Shown piece by piece: positions 1 through 18,112 of a DNA stretch of 64,000 bases. Location of the stretch: the NCBI GenBank assembly GCA_965240325.2, contig OZ251254.1, forward strand, positions 558,001-622,000, in the 5' to 3' direction. Source of the stretch: Rebecca billardiae RCC1528. Taxonomy: Eukaryota > Protista > Haptophyta. Made by a program: the position numbers and the translations under genes. The notes beneath the pieces were generated by a model. That model was not told the DNA's origin and did not search any database. It saw only the letters and a list, made by a program, of their open reading frames with translations. Numbering within the stretch: the first letter of the stretch is position 1; every line of letters begins with the position of its first letter.

Positions 1-767
1 TCGAGGCAGAAGCACTCCTCCTGCGCCGTCGCCATGGCCGGCACGCGTGGCCGGCGGGGACGCGGAGGTGATGCCTTGTCCGCGCTGGCGGTTGTTGGAC
101 CGGCGCCCGCGCACGCGCAAATGTGCTCTCGGAACCGTCACGGTATGCACAAGTAGCACAGTTTCGTAAGCGCGTGAGCGGGCACGAACACGCTCGTTGA
201 CAGGACTCGGGCCGGCGACGCACAGCCGGCCGGCCGTAGGCGCGACGCGGCGCGCGTCCACGCCGCGTCGCCATCTGAACGCACGCACCGACCACGTGGG
301 TGAGTGCAGACGTGCCAACCGGCACGACCCGGGGCCTGGCGGCTGCTCGCCACGCGCGATGCCGTGGCTGGTGCTTGACCGCGAGTGACTGCGCCATCCG
401 GAATCAGTAAACGCGAGCGTGCATGCAAATAAAGGTCGTCCTTCTCCCAAGCCGGACAGGCGCACGCAGGGCCAATATGAACAACGTCACTCTGACGGTC
501 CGGTCCCGGCCGGGTAACTGTATTCCGCGCTGCGGCGACACAACTGAAGACTGCTGCATGCAATATGGGCGGCCCGTGTTACGAGGACTGTAGTAGGAAC
601 TGTAGAGTGTAGTCTGTCAGTGAGTCTGATCTTCATCTAACTGTCTCTGAGTATATATATATATATATATGGGTATGACGATGCCATAATAACTACGACG
701 ACGACGACTGCTATAATACAAACACGTACGGCCGTCGCGCTAAGTAGCGTAGCGCAGGCTGTCAGAG

Positions 768-6880
<6,113 letters not shown>

Positions 6881-7541
6881 CGCGCGCCGGGCGGGCGGGC
6901 GGGGGCGGGCAGGCGGCGGCGGCACTCGTGATGGCGCCTGGTCGCCACCCTGACCCGCCCGCAGCGTCGCCGCCGGTGGCGCGCCGTGCTGCAGCAGCTG
7001 CAGCAGGCTGCTGAGCACGATGCCACGAGCGCGGCCCTCGCGGGGCCGCGTCGGGACCCTGCTGCCGGCGCCCAGTGGCAGCATCTTAGGCGGACCCTAC
7101 GGCTGGCCTACGACGTCATTGCTGAAGTGGCGCTGCGCGGCATCATCGCGGCCTGACTCGCGTCGGATCTACGTCGACACTCTATTATTACGACGAGAAC
7201 TACGCGACGCAGGTGAGCTTGATGAACACACTAGCTACTCTTGGTATGATACGTGTGTAGGCCCACTTACAACACTGAGCCTGGGGTAAGCACTGAGTCC
7301 GACGACGAGTCCATTGTCCAACCAAGGTCCAACCGCACATACCGGGTTGCTCAGCACTGAGCACTTCACAGTCACTCATTCAGCAGCAGCAGCTGCAGGT
7401 GCCTGTAGGCATGTGTCCGGCCCGCCCGGGCGAGGGCGGGGCCGCCGCCGCCGCGTGTCCAACGGCAAGGACAACATCAATTCAAATTGCGGACCAACCG
7501 TCGTCGCTTGCTTGCCTTTATTCGGCGAATAGCTCACCGGC

Positions 7542-9410
7542 ATGGAGCGCACGTCGACTGCGCGCGATGGCGTGGCGCCCACGGCGCTGAGTTCGATGGC
7601 CGTTGACTCCCGCTGCGTCCTCTGCGGTGATCGCATTGGCCCGCAGCCGTGGGCGCAGCTCGCGTGCGGCGCGGAGCACGTCGCGCACAACGTGTGCCTC
7701 TTCGAGCGCGCGCTCGCGTCCGAGTGCTGCGCCGTGCGCTGCGGCCGCGCCGGCTGCGGGCGCATCACGCCCGTGGCGTCGGCGACGACCATGTACGCTG
7801 GCGTGCGTCAGCTCGACGCGGCGCGTCACGTCAAGGTCGCAGAGGGCAGAGGCCACGCCACACCTGTGGCGCCCTCGGGCGGAGGGCGGGACGGGGCGCA
7901 CCGCGGCAGTGCCGCCGCGCTGGCGGCGTCGGGGCCTGCGCTTGGCGCGCTGCCGTTCGAGCTGCTCGCCCGCATTCTGAGCCATCTTGGCAGTGCGCGT
8001 GACCTCGCGTCTGCCAACGCCGCCTCGCAACTCTTCCGCGGCGCGCCGGGCGGCCGCTCGGCGGTCGAGCACGCGTTGCGCGAGCGCGCGCACTCGCGAG
8101 GGCACAAGCGGCTGCTGCCGACGCAGCCGCTCACGTGGACAGCGAAACTACTCGGGTGTGAGCGTGTGCTGGAGATGAGTGCGCTGCACACCAGCGTCGC
8201 AGCGTGCGGCATTGATTACTACACGGCGTTCAGCGCGTTTGTGGACGCGGAGGGCGGGCTGCACACGTGCGGCGAGGAGGAGGTGTGGGAGGCGATGGAG
8301 GACGATGAGGAGCAAGAGCGTCGGGCCGGGTACGGCCGGCCCACCGCGATCGGCCACGGGACCGGGATGCCGCCCGTGCGTGTGCCCACGCGTGTGCCCT
8401 CGCTCTCAGCGGTGCGCGTGCGCGCCGTTGCGGCCGGCGGGCAGCACCTGCTCGCGCTGAGCGAGGCAGGCGCAGTGTACGGCTGCGGTGATAACTACTG
8501 CGGCCAGCTGGGGCTCGCGGACGTGTATACGTGCCCTGCGTTTACCGCGCTCGAGTCGCTCCGCGACGAGGTTGTCGTCTGCATCACGGCCGCCTTCAGC
8601 CACAGCTTCGCACTCGGCGCCGACGGCCGTGCGTACAGCTGGGGGGGCAACGAGTACGGCCAGCTCGGCCATGGCGACACGGAGAACCGGTGGGTGCCGA
8701 CGCGCATCCAGGCACCGGACGGCATTCGGGTTGGTGGCGTAGCTTCAAGCTATGAGCACACGCTGCTGCTCTCGACTGGTGGCTCCGTGTACTCGTGTGG
8801 CCACGGTGCCTCCGGGCGTCTCGGCCACGGCGACCAGCAGGATCAGCACACGCCGAGGCGCATCGAGGCGCTCGCGGGGATTCGCGCTGTGCATCTGAGC
8901 GCGGGCTGGCGGCACAGCCTGGTGGTGGACGCGCAGGGCGGCGTGCACTCTTTCGGACGTGGGGATGGCTGCCTTGGACACGGCGACGAAGCAGACCAAC
9001 CAGTGCCAACACCCATAGAGGCACTGGCGGGCATGCGCACCGTGCGCTGCGCTGCCGGCTTTCGCACCAGCGCGGTGGTGTGCGCGGACGGCAGCGTGCA
9101 CACGTTTGGTGACAACGACTATGGCCAGCTGGGGCTCGGGCACAGGGCCTTCACTGTGCGGGGGCCGGAGTGTGTGCATGCGTTCTCGCACGCGCGTCTG
9201 ATCCAGTGCTCGCTAGGCAAGTCCCACACGCTGTTCGTGACGGCGGACGGCGCTGTGCACGCGTGCGGCAAGCAGACGGCTGCGCTCGGCCTCGGCGTGG
9301 GTCCCATGGTCATGGATGACGTCGACGACGAGTCTGCAAGCACCGCAACGCCCGTGAATATCGCGCAGCTCCCGCCGCTAGCGTGCGACCGAGCACCGTG
9401 GACAGGGTAG
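7542..9410 (+). CDS. RCC1-repeat beta-propeller protein with N-terminal Cys/His cluster and F-box-like motif (paralogue 1)
   Basis: Repeated xAGxxHSxxx..G.VYSWGxNxYGQLGHG units; LPFELLARILSHL F-box-like motif; CVLC...C..H..C...CC..C...C N-terminus; intronless. Confidence 0.9.
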   Translation: MERTSTARDGVAPTALSSMAVDSRCVLCGDRIGPQPWAQLACGAEHVAHNVCLFERALASECCAVRCGRAGCGRITPVASATTMYAGVRQLDAARHVKVAEGRGHATPVAPSGGGRDGAHRGSAAALAASGPALGALPFELLARILSHLGSARDLASANAASQLFRGAPGGRSAVEHALRERAHSRGHKRLLPTQPLTWTAKLLGCERVLEMSALHTSVAACGIDYYTAFSAFVDAEGGLHTCGEEEVWEAMEDDEEQERRAGYGRPTAIGHGTGMPPVRVPTRVPSLSAVRVRAVAAGGQHLLALSEAGAVYGCGDNYCGQLGLADVYTCPAFTALESLRDEVVVCITAAFSHSFALGADGRAYSWGGNEYGQLGHGDTENRWVPTRIQAPDGIRVGGVASSYEHTLLLSTGGSVYSCGHGASGRLGHGDQQDQHTPRRIEALAGIRAVHLSAGWRHSLVVDAQGGVHSFGRGDGCLGHGDEADQPVPTPIEALAGMRTVRCAAGFRTSAVVCADGSVHTFGDNDYGQLGLGHRAFTVRGPECVHAFSHARLIQCSLGKSHTLFVTADGAVHACGKQTAALGLGVGPMVMDDVDDESASTATPVNIAQLPPLACDRAPWTG

Positions 9411-9698
9411 GTCAGTCGAGCAGCCGGCCGACGGACGGCGCATCAGCCACAGTGTTCGATCTGGCGTGTGAACGCGCTAAGTGTACAGTCTAGCTAACCC
9501 GCTTACCGTAGAGTCTGACGAGCGGACTGTGTCTAGTGTGTCTGAGTATGGAGAAGTGCACCCGCCTCCCGGACGACCGTCAATCACGACCGGAATCGGA
9601 TGACGGCCAACCGTCGTCGCCCTGTGTCGACCAGAATGCGAGCTCGCGCGCCGCCCACCTTGCACCGCGAGGACGAGCTCATCGACATCGGCGACGGC

Positions 9699-11548
9699 AT
9701 GGAGCACCCTTCGGCAGCACGCGATAGCGAGGTGCCCATGGCGCTGAGCGCACTGTCTGCCGACTGCGTCTGCGTGCTCGGCAGTGATCGCATCGGCCCG
9801 CAGCCGTGGGCGCAGCTCGCGTGCGGACGTGCCCACACAACGTGTGCCACTTCGAGCGCGCGCTCGCGTCCGGGTGCTGCGCCGTGCGCTGCGGCCGCGC
9901 CGGCTGCGGGCGCATCACGCCCGTGGCGTCGGCGACGACCATGTACGCAGGCTTGCGCCAGCTCGACGCGGCGCGTCACGTCAAGGTCGCGGAGGGCAGA
10001 GGCCACGCCACACCTGTGGCGCCCTCGGGCGGAGGGCGGGACGGGGCGCACCGCGGCAGTGCCGCCGCGCTGGAGGCGTCGGGGCCTGCGCTTGCTGCGC
10101 TGCCGTTCGAGCTGGTCGCACGCATTCTGGTCCACCCCAGCAGCGCGCGTGACCTCGCGTCTGCCAACGCCGCCTCGCGACTCTTCCGCGGCGCGCCGGG
10201 CGGCCGCTCGGCGGTCGAGCACGCGCTGCGCGAGCGCGCGCACTCGCGAGGGCACAAGCGGCTGCTGCCGACGGAGCCGCCCACGTGGACGGCGAAACTA
10301 CTCGAGTGTGAGCGTGTATGGGAGATGAGTGCGCTGCACGCCCGCGTCGCCGTGTGCGGCCACCCCCACTCGGCGTTCAGCGCGTTTGTGGACGCGGAGG
10401 GCGGGCTGCACACGTGCGGCGAGGAGGAGGTGTGGGAGGCGATGGAGGACGATGAGGAGCAAGAGCGTCGGGCCGGGTACGGCCGGCCCACCGCGATCGG
10501 CCACGGGACTGGGATGCCGCCCGTGCGTGTACCGACGCGCGTGCCCTCGCTGGCAGCGGTGCGCGTGCGCGCCGTGGCAGCTGGGCAAGCTCACCTGCTC
10601 GCGCTGAGCGGGGCCGGTGCGGTGTACGGCTGCGGCGACAACGGGAGTGGGCAGCTGGGCGTCAGCGACCGCCATGGGTGCTTGGCGTCTAGGCGGGTGG
10701 GCGCGCTGCGGCGAGATTTTATCGTCGGCATCGCTGCCGGCTGGAGCCACAGCTTCGCGCTCGGCGCCGACGGCCGTGCGCACAGCTGGGGCCGCAACGA
10801 GTACGGCCAGCTCGGCCATGGTGACACGGAGGAGCGGTGGGAGCCGACGCGCATCAAGGCGCTCGATGGCGTTCGCGTCGGTGGCATCGCTTCGGGCTAC
10901 GAGCACACGCTGCTGCTTTCGACCGGTGGCTCTGTGTACTCGTGTGGCTGTGACGTGTACGGGCAACTCGGCCACGGCGACCAGCAGGATCAGCACATGC
11001 CGAGGCGCATCGAGGCGCTCACGGGCGTGCGCGCCGTGCACGTGAGCGCTGGCCTATGGCACAGCCTGGTGGTGGACGAGCAGGGCGGCGTGCGCTCTTT
11101 TGGCGACGGGTATAATGGTTGCCTTGGGCACGGGGATTGGGCAGACCGGCCAGTGCCAACGCGCATCGACGCACTGGCGGGCATGCGCGCCGTGCGCTGC
11201 GCTGCCGGCTACCGCACCAGCGCGGTGGTGTGCGCGGACGGCAGCGTGCACACGTTTGGTGACAGCAGCTACGGCCAGCTGGGGCTTGGGCACAGGTCCA
11301 GCCCCGTGCTGAGGCCGGAGCGCGTGCGTGCACTCTCGCACGCGCGCGTGATCCAGTGCTCGCTAGGCGGCGCCCACGCGCGGTTCGTGACGGCGGACGG
11401 CGCGTTGCACGCGTGCGGCAGGCACACGGCCGCGCTCGGCCTCGGCGTGGGTCCCACGGATGACGAGTCTGCGAGCGCTGCAACGCCCACGCCCGTGCAG
11501 ATCGCGCAGCTCCCGCCGCTGGCGTGCCGTGCAGCACGGTCAAAGTAG
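9699..11548 (+). CDS. RCC1-repeat/F-box-like protein (paralogue 2, tandem duplicate) with a frameshift near 9830
   Basis: Colinear with 7542-9410. A net 7-nt deletion at ~9827-9836 shifts the frame from ATG 9699; the frame is open from ATG 9941 (MYAG) to the stop at 11548. Confidence 0.8.
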
Positions 11549-11849
11549 TTCCGATGCGGCAGCATCAAATAGGCACACGTGTAGCTATAGCCCCCATACG
11601 CGGACACGTGCACGTAAGCTTCCGGACCGTGCGGCCAACCGTCACCCTGGAATGCCTACCGTACGTGCGCGCGACGAAACACAGTGGAACAGCGCGCTCG
11701 CAAACCTGCTGTGAGTGCGCGCGTTTGCGCGCGCTTGGAACGCCGCGCTCGCCGCTCGACGGCTTTCACACCGCACGATCGCCCGCCCGCGCCGCGCGCG
11801 TGACTGTTCGCACGCCCGACGGGCACGAGATCGGCGCACGCCGCGTCAG

Positions 11850-14230
11850 ATGCCGCTCCGTGGGACCGCGCGCCTCGGCCTCGCGCTCGCGCTCGCGCTG
11901 AGCGCGCACGCCGCCGCCGCGTCCTCCGCCGCCTCGTCCGGCCGCGGCCGGCCGGCCGGCGCGCGCGGCGCCGACGGCGGCAGCGCGCAGGCGGCCGCGG
12001 CCGCGCGCGCGGCGCGCGAGCTCTCCGCGCTGCGCGAGTCGAGCGCGGGGCGCACGGGCACGAGCGCGGCCGCGCTCGCCTGGGCGGACGCGGGCGTCGC
12101 CGAGTGGAAGGCCGAGCTCCGCCGCGGCTCGCTGCCCTCGCTCGAGCCGGACCCGACGGCGGCGGGCGGCGGCGGCGGCGCGCCGCGCGACGTCTGGCCG
12201 GGCGAGCCGCTGTTCAGCCAGTTTCGGCAGACGTGCGCGGAGCTCGGGCTGCCAGCGCTCACGCGGCGCTACCCCGAGCTCTCGAACACGGTGATGCGCA
12301 CGCTCGTGCGCGAGGCCGCCGCCTTCCGCGAGCAGGTGAGCGCTGCGGCCGACGGCGACGGCGGCGGCGGCCAGTCGAAGGGCGCGGTGGAGGCGGCGGA
12401 GGAGGCGGCGCGCCGGCTGCGCGAGCAGTGGGACGGCGCGGCGGACGGCGTGCGCGCGCTCGAGGACGCGCTCGGCGGCCGCGCCCCGGACTCGCTCCTC
12501 CCGTCCGACGACGCGGACGCGGACGCGGACGCGGACGGCGCGGACGGCGGCGCGCCCGGCGGCGCCGACGCGTCCGCCTCGGCCGGCGGCGCGGCCGGCG
12601 CGGCGGCGCGCGGCGAGGGCGCGGAGGCGGACGAGGCCGCGGAGGGCGACGCCGACTTCGAGGCCGACGACCCGAGCGCCGCCGCCGCCGGCGCCGACGG
12701 CGGCGAGCCGGGGCGCGCGGGCGCGGACGGCGGAGTGTGGCGGCGCCGCGGATGGACAGAGCTCGCCGAGACGCGGCGCCGGCTGGAGCGGCTGCCGAGG
12801 CTGAGCAGGTTCATGGCGGACGTGGGCCGCCGCGCCGCGCTGAGCGGCCGCCGCCGCGCGCGCCTCCCGCTCCAGCGCCCCGCCTCGCCGCCCAGCCCGC
12901 CGGCGGTCGCGCTCGCGACTCGCGCGCCGCCCGCGGACGCGGCTGGCGTCGAGTCGGGCGACGACGTGGCACGCGCGCTGCCAGCGGAGCGCGCGCTGCT
13001 GCGCGCGGGCGTGGGCGGGCGTCGGCTCTTCCGCGCGCGGCTCGCCGAGCGCCGGCTGCTCTCCTACGCGCTGCACGGCTACACCGCCACGCCCGCGCGC
13101 CCGCCGCGCGGCCGCGAGGCGCGGCGCGAGCGCGTGCCTCTGTCAGACCACGGCGGACCGTTACTCATCTTACTCGACACGTCCGGCTCGATGCGCGGCG
13201 AGCGCGAGGCGCTGGCGAAGGGCGTGGTGCTCGCGGCGGCGCGGGTGGCGGCGCGCGAGGGCCGCGAGTGCCGCGTCATCTCCTTCGGCGGGTACAACGA
13301 CGGCGCGCACGTCTCGGCGCCGCTGCTGCTCGACGAGGGGCGGCGCGGCGTAACCGCCGGTGTAACGGCCGGCGTCACGGCCGGTGGAACCGCCGGCAGA
13401 ACGCCCGGCGGCGGCGGAGCGGCCGCGCCCGCGCCCTCCAAGGCGGGCCTGCACGCGCTGCTCGACTTCCTCTCGCACTCCTTCGACGGCGGCACCGACG
13501 CCGCGCCCGCGCTCACCAAGGCCGTGGAGTTGATCGAGCAAGCGGCCGAGCTCGGCGCCGCCGGCGCGGGCGGCGGGGCGAGCGGGGCGGCGCGGCAGGT
13601 GCGCTGGGGTGTGCCCGGCGCGGCGGGCCCGCCCCCGGGCGCGGCGCCGCGCGCGCCCGCGCGCCCGCCCGTGTCGGCGTACGGCGCCAGCCCCGCCGAC
13701 ACCGCCGCCGCCGCCGCGCTCGCCGCGGCCGACCTCGTGCTCGTCACAGATGGCGAGCTGCCCTCGCCGCCCGCGCCCGCGGAGGTGATGAAGCGGCTCG
13801 CGCGGCTGCGCGCGCGGCTGGGCACGCGCGTGCACTGCCTGCTCACGACGAGCGCGCGCGGCGCCGACTCGGTCCGAGGCCGCATGCAGGAGCTCGCCGG
13901 AGACGGCGCCGACGGCGGCGGCGTCCACTCCTTCCTGTGCGCGGAGCTCGACCCGAGCGCGGCCGCGGCGGCGGCGCCGCCGCCGCAGCACGCGGGCGCG
14001 GCGGGTGGCGGCGCGCGCGCGCGCGCCGGGCCGCCGCCGCGCGCGCCGCCGCCGCGCAGCCGCATCGCGTGGCGCGCGCGCGGCGGCGCGGCGGCCGCGG
14101 CGCCGTGCGCCGCGGCGCGCGCGCGCGCGCGCTCGTGCGGCCGAATCGTCGCCGCCGCGCCGGCGGCGCACGGCCGCCGCCCTCGCTGGCGGCACGCCGC
14201 GGCGCCGTCGGCCGCGCGCACCATCATCGG

Positions 14231-14268
<38 letters not shown>

Positions 14269-16892
14269 ACCGTGACACCCGTGCCGACGGCGGCGGCGGC
14301 GCGTCCGCGGCGGCCGACAACGACGCCGCCGCCCTCGCCGAGCTGCGCGCGCTCGCGCCTCAGCTCGAGGCCGCGCGGCGCGCGCTCGAGGCGGGGCTGC
14401 TGGAGCGCGAGGCCGTGTGCGGCGCTCTGCTGCTGGCAGCGGTGTGTGGCGAGCACGCGCTGCTGCTAGGGCCGCCGGGCACCGCAAAGTCGCTCGTCGC
14501 GCGCCGGCTCGCGGCCGCGTGCGGAGGCCGGCGCTTCGAGGTCCTTCTCACGCGATTCTCAGCGCCGGAGGAATTGTTCGGCCCCCTGTCGCTCGCAGCG
14601 CTGGAGGAAGACCGTTACGAGCGAGCGGTTGACGGTTACCTGCCCACCGCGACGGTGGCGTTTCTCGACGAGGTGTTCAAGGCGAACGGCGCCGTGCTCA
14701 ACGCGCTGCTCGGCGTGCTCAACGAGCGCGCGTTCACCAACGGCGGCCCGCCCGTGCGCGTGCCCCTGCTCAGCTGCGTCGGCGCGTCCAATGAACTCCC
14801 GGAGGGCGAGGAGCTCGCCGCCCTGTGGGACCGGTTTCTCGTGAGACTGCCCGTGCCGCCGGTCTCGGATGCGTCGGTACACGCGCTGATCGGCGCGGAC
14901 GAGCCCGCGGACGTCGGCCTCGGCGCGCGCGCCGAGCGCGGCGCGCGGCGCGCCGCGCTCGCGGACGCCGCCGCCGCGCCGCCGGCGGACGATCCTTCGC
15001 TCGCGGTCGACGCGCCGCGCGCGGTGGCGCGCGCGCGCGCGCTGCTCGGCATCGGCGCGGTGTCGGAGCTGCGCGCGGCCGGGTGCGCGGAGGCGGAGGC
15101 GGCGCGGCTGCCCAGCCTCTCCGCGCTCTCCGCGGCGGTGCGCCTCCCCGCACACGTCGCGGCGCTCCTCACCGACGCGCGCGCCTACGTCGCTCAGCTG
15201 GCCGCGGCGGGCGGCGGCGGCGCCGCGCCGGACGCGCTCAGCGGCATCTCAGACCGGCGTCTTGTGCAGTGCGCGCGGATGCTGCGCGTGTCCGCGGCGA
15301 CGCACGGGCGGGGCGTGGTGGGCCCCGCCGACGTGCTCACGCTGCCCGCCGCGCTGTGGGGCGACCCGGACCAGCTCGAGGCAGTCCGGGAGTTTGTGCA
15401 CGCGCGCTCCATTCCCGAGCCGCCGTGCGCGCAGCTGCGGCTGATGGCCGACACTCTGTTGGCGGAGGGCGTGGCGGCGCTCGCGCCGTCGCCAGGCGGC
15501 GGCGGCGGCGGCGGTGCTGGCGGTGCCGCGGACGCGCGGGCGGGCGCGCGCGCGCAGCAGCAGGCGCAGCAGCAGCAGCCGGATGACGGCGCGCTGCCCA
15601 GCCCCGCCGCCGAGGCCGCGCCGCTGCGCGCCCTGCAACAGGATGTCGCGCAGCTGGCCGCGGCCGTGCGCGCCGAGCGCGCGCAGCTGGGCAGCCAGGC
15701 GGCAGAGCTGGGCCTCCGCGGCCTCGGCGCAGACGCGGGCCGCAGCGACGACGCAGCCGCCGCCGCCGCGCCCACCGCCGCCCCCGAGCTGCTCGCGCGA
15801 CACCTCTGGGTGCCACCGTCCGAGCTCGCGGCCGCGGCGACGCGCGTCGAGCCGTCCGTGCGGCGCTGGGCGCAGGAGCTCGACGTGCTGGCGGAAGTGG
15901 CGACGGCGCTCTTGTCGGCGCTGGGCGCGGGCTCGGGCGGCGGCGCGGAGGGCGCGGGCTCGCGCACGCCCTCGCCCCCGCGCCCGCCCTTCTGCGTGTA
16001 CGCCCACCTCCGCGCCCTCGCCGAGGCCCTCGACGCCTTCGACACGCAGATGGCGCAGGCGCCGCCGCGAGACGCTGGCGGCTGGGCGGCGGACGCGCGC
16101 GCCGAGCTGCGCGAGTCGATCGCGCGCGCGGAGCGCGTGGCGGCGCGGTGCGCGGAGCGCGTCGCGCAGGCGCAGGGCCCGGCCGGCCGCCTCGCGCGCG
16201 CCGCCGCGCCGCCCGAGCGCATCGACGTCTCGTTCGGCCGCGTGTGGGCCGCGGCCGGCCGCGCCGCCGCCGCCGCCGCCGCCGGTGGGCGCTCGTCGCC
16301 GCTCGTGCGCGCCGCCGCGGCCGCGGAGGTGTGGAGCCTGCGGTACTCGGCGGCAGAGGACGGCTACCTGGAGGGCGTGGAGGGCAGCGTGGGCGCGGAG
16401 GCGGCGCGCGGCTGGTCCGCCGGCGTCTGGGAGGCCGAGAACGTCGCGCGCGTGTGCGATGGCGCTGAGGGCGCCGACGGCGGCGGCGGCAGCGCGTGGC
16501 TTGCGCGCGCCGGGCCGGGCCCCGCCTTCATCGAGTGGCGGTTCGCGCCGGCCGAGGGCTGCGAGATCGCGGGGTGCTGGCTGCGCGCGCGCTCCGAGGA
16601 GGTCAGCTTCGCCGACCGCATCCGCTGGATCATCTCCGACGACGGCGGCGAGACGTGGCAGCCAGTCAGCGGCCGCGCCACGCGCGGGCTCGACCGGCCG
16701 GGCGGCGTGACGCGCGCGCTCTCGCTCGCGCTGCGCGTCGAGCTGGGCGGCGGCGCGGACGGCTCGGGCCAAGGGCAGGGGGCGGCGCCGTCCGCGCGGC
16801 TCTTCCGCGAGCCGCTCGCGCCCGCGGCGGGCGGCGCGTGCGGCTTCGAGGTGCTGCTGCCTGTCCGGCGCATCAGCGATCAGATCTGGTGA
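11850..16892 (+). CDS. Fusion protein: signal peptide + ViaA-like VWA + RavA-like MoxR AAA+ ATPase + PAW-like C-terminal domain
   Basis: Leader MPLRGTARLGLALALALSAHAAA. VWA motifs: GPLLILLDTSGSM, FLSHSFDGGTD, ADLVLVTDGE. AAA+ motifs: GPPGTAKS, TRFSAPEELFGP, FLDEVFKA, ASNELP, LWDRF, SDRR. C-terminus LRYSAAEDGY..W..GVW..WLAR..IEWRF..LFRE. One uninterrupted ORF. Confidence 0.88.
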
Positions 16893-18112
16893 TCATCGAT
16901 CCGGAGCGGGAAGTCCGGAGGCTCCGGAGCCTCCGGAGGGAAGTCGGGATCGCGCAGGTAGGTGCTTAAGACGCTGATGGATGGTCTGCCGAGATCCTTC
17001 GCCCCGCCAGTACACGCCGATGACGAATAACCCATATATATATATATATATGACCGCGTTCCGCGGTCTTTTTCCGTAGAACGAACGTAGTTCGGGGCCC
17101 GCGGCGCACCCTCCGTCGGCTGCTGTCTCAGTCTGACATGTGTAACAGTTCGCCTGAGCTGCCACCGCCAACTCAGTCACTGCCGCCCACCGGGCCGGCG
17201 GGCCGAGGACTGTCGCCGCGGGTCCGCGGGCCGCCGCGGGGACTAGCGGCCGGCGCGCGCGCGCAGGCAGGGCGAGAGGCGCTGGCGCGGCGCGAGCCGG
17301 CGCGTGCGCGCGAGCGGGCGCACCTGCTTGAGGTACTCGCCCTGCGCCATGCGCTCGACGACGGGCCGCTGGTCGCTCGTGCCGGCAGAGCGAGAGCGCG
17401 CGCCACTGCTGGCCCCGGCCTGCCGGCTGCGCAGCCTCGCACCGAGACCGACCGAGCGGAGCTCGGGGCGGTGGAACGAGGCGAGCGGCGCGTCGCGCCT
17501 GCCGCCGCGCGTGCGCGCCTGCTCCACCGCGCCGCCGTGCTCGCCCGCCGCCTCCTCCGCCGCGTCGGCCTCGAAGACGGCGGCTGCCAGCGGCAGGCTG
17601 AGCCGCGCGCCGGCTCACTCACACTGTGAGTCACACCCGCGGTCGCCTCGACAGCCAACTATCCACAGCTGCTCGAGCTGCTGGAGGGCGCCGCGACGAT
17701 GGCGGCGCGGGCGCCCAGCGCGTCCGTTGCCGCGTCGCTCAGCTCGTCGAGCTCGGCGCCGCACTTCGCCAGCTTGGCGCCTAGCGCCTCCGCGTGTCAC
17801 GTGCTCGTGCACGTCAGCCTGCTGATACGCCGCCGCCCATCGGCACTTCTGGCATCTGCGCGCGCAGCTGCTGCAGCTCGACGGCGGAGTCGTCGCGGCT
17901 GGCGGCGAGGGTGCGCACCGCGTCGATTGCCGAGGCCTGCAGCCCGGTGATCGCCGCGTCGACGCGCGCGGCGATTTCCCCACGCAGCCTCCTCGCGCCA
18001 CGTGGCCGCCGCTCGCGTGGCAGGCAGCTGGGCGCCGCTGCGCGACCCGGAACCGGCGCGCGTTTCACTGATGCTCCTGCTCGTCCTCACGCTGCTGCAC
18101 CTCCGCGCCGCC

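Noticed and set aside
1-35. Possible gene start MATAQEECFCL on the minus strand running off the window
   Set aside because: Only 11 codons are visible, too little to support.
8890-8925. GWRHS motif suggesting a UVR8 photoreceptor
   Set aside because: UVR8 has three GWRHT motifs; only one variant is present and it is not conserved in the paralogues.
11850-16892. Bacterial contamination or a prokaryotic ravA-viaA operon
   Set aside because: A single fused ORF with host-like poly-Ala/Gly linkers, a signal peptide and a eukaryote-type C-terminal domain, embedded among intron-containing genes.
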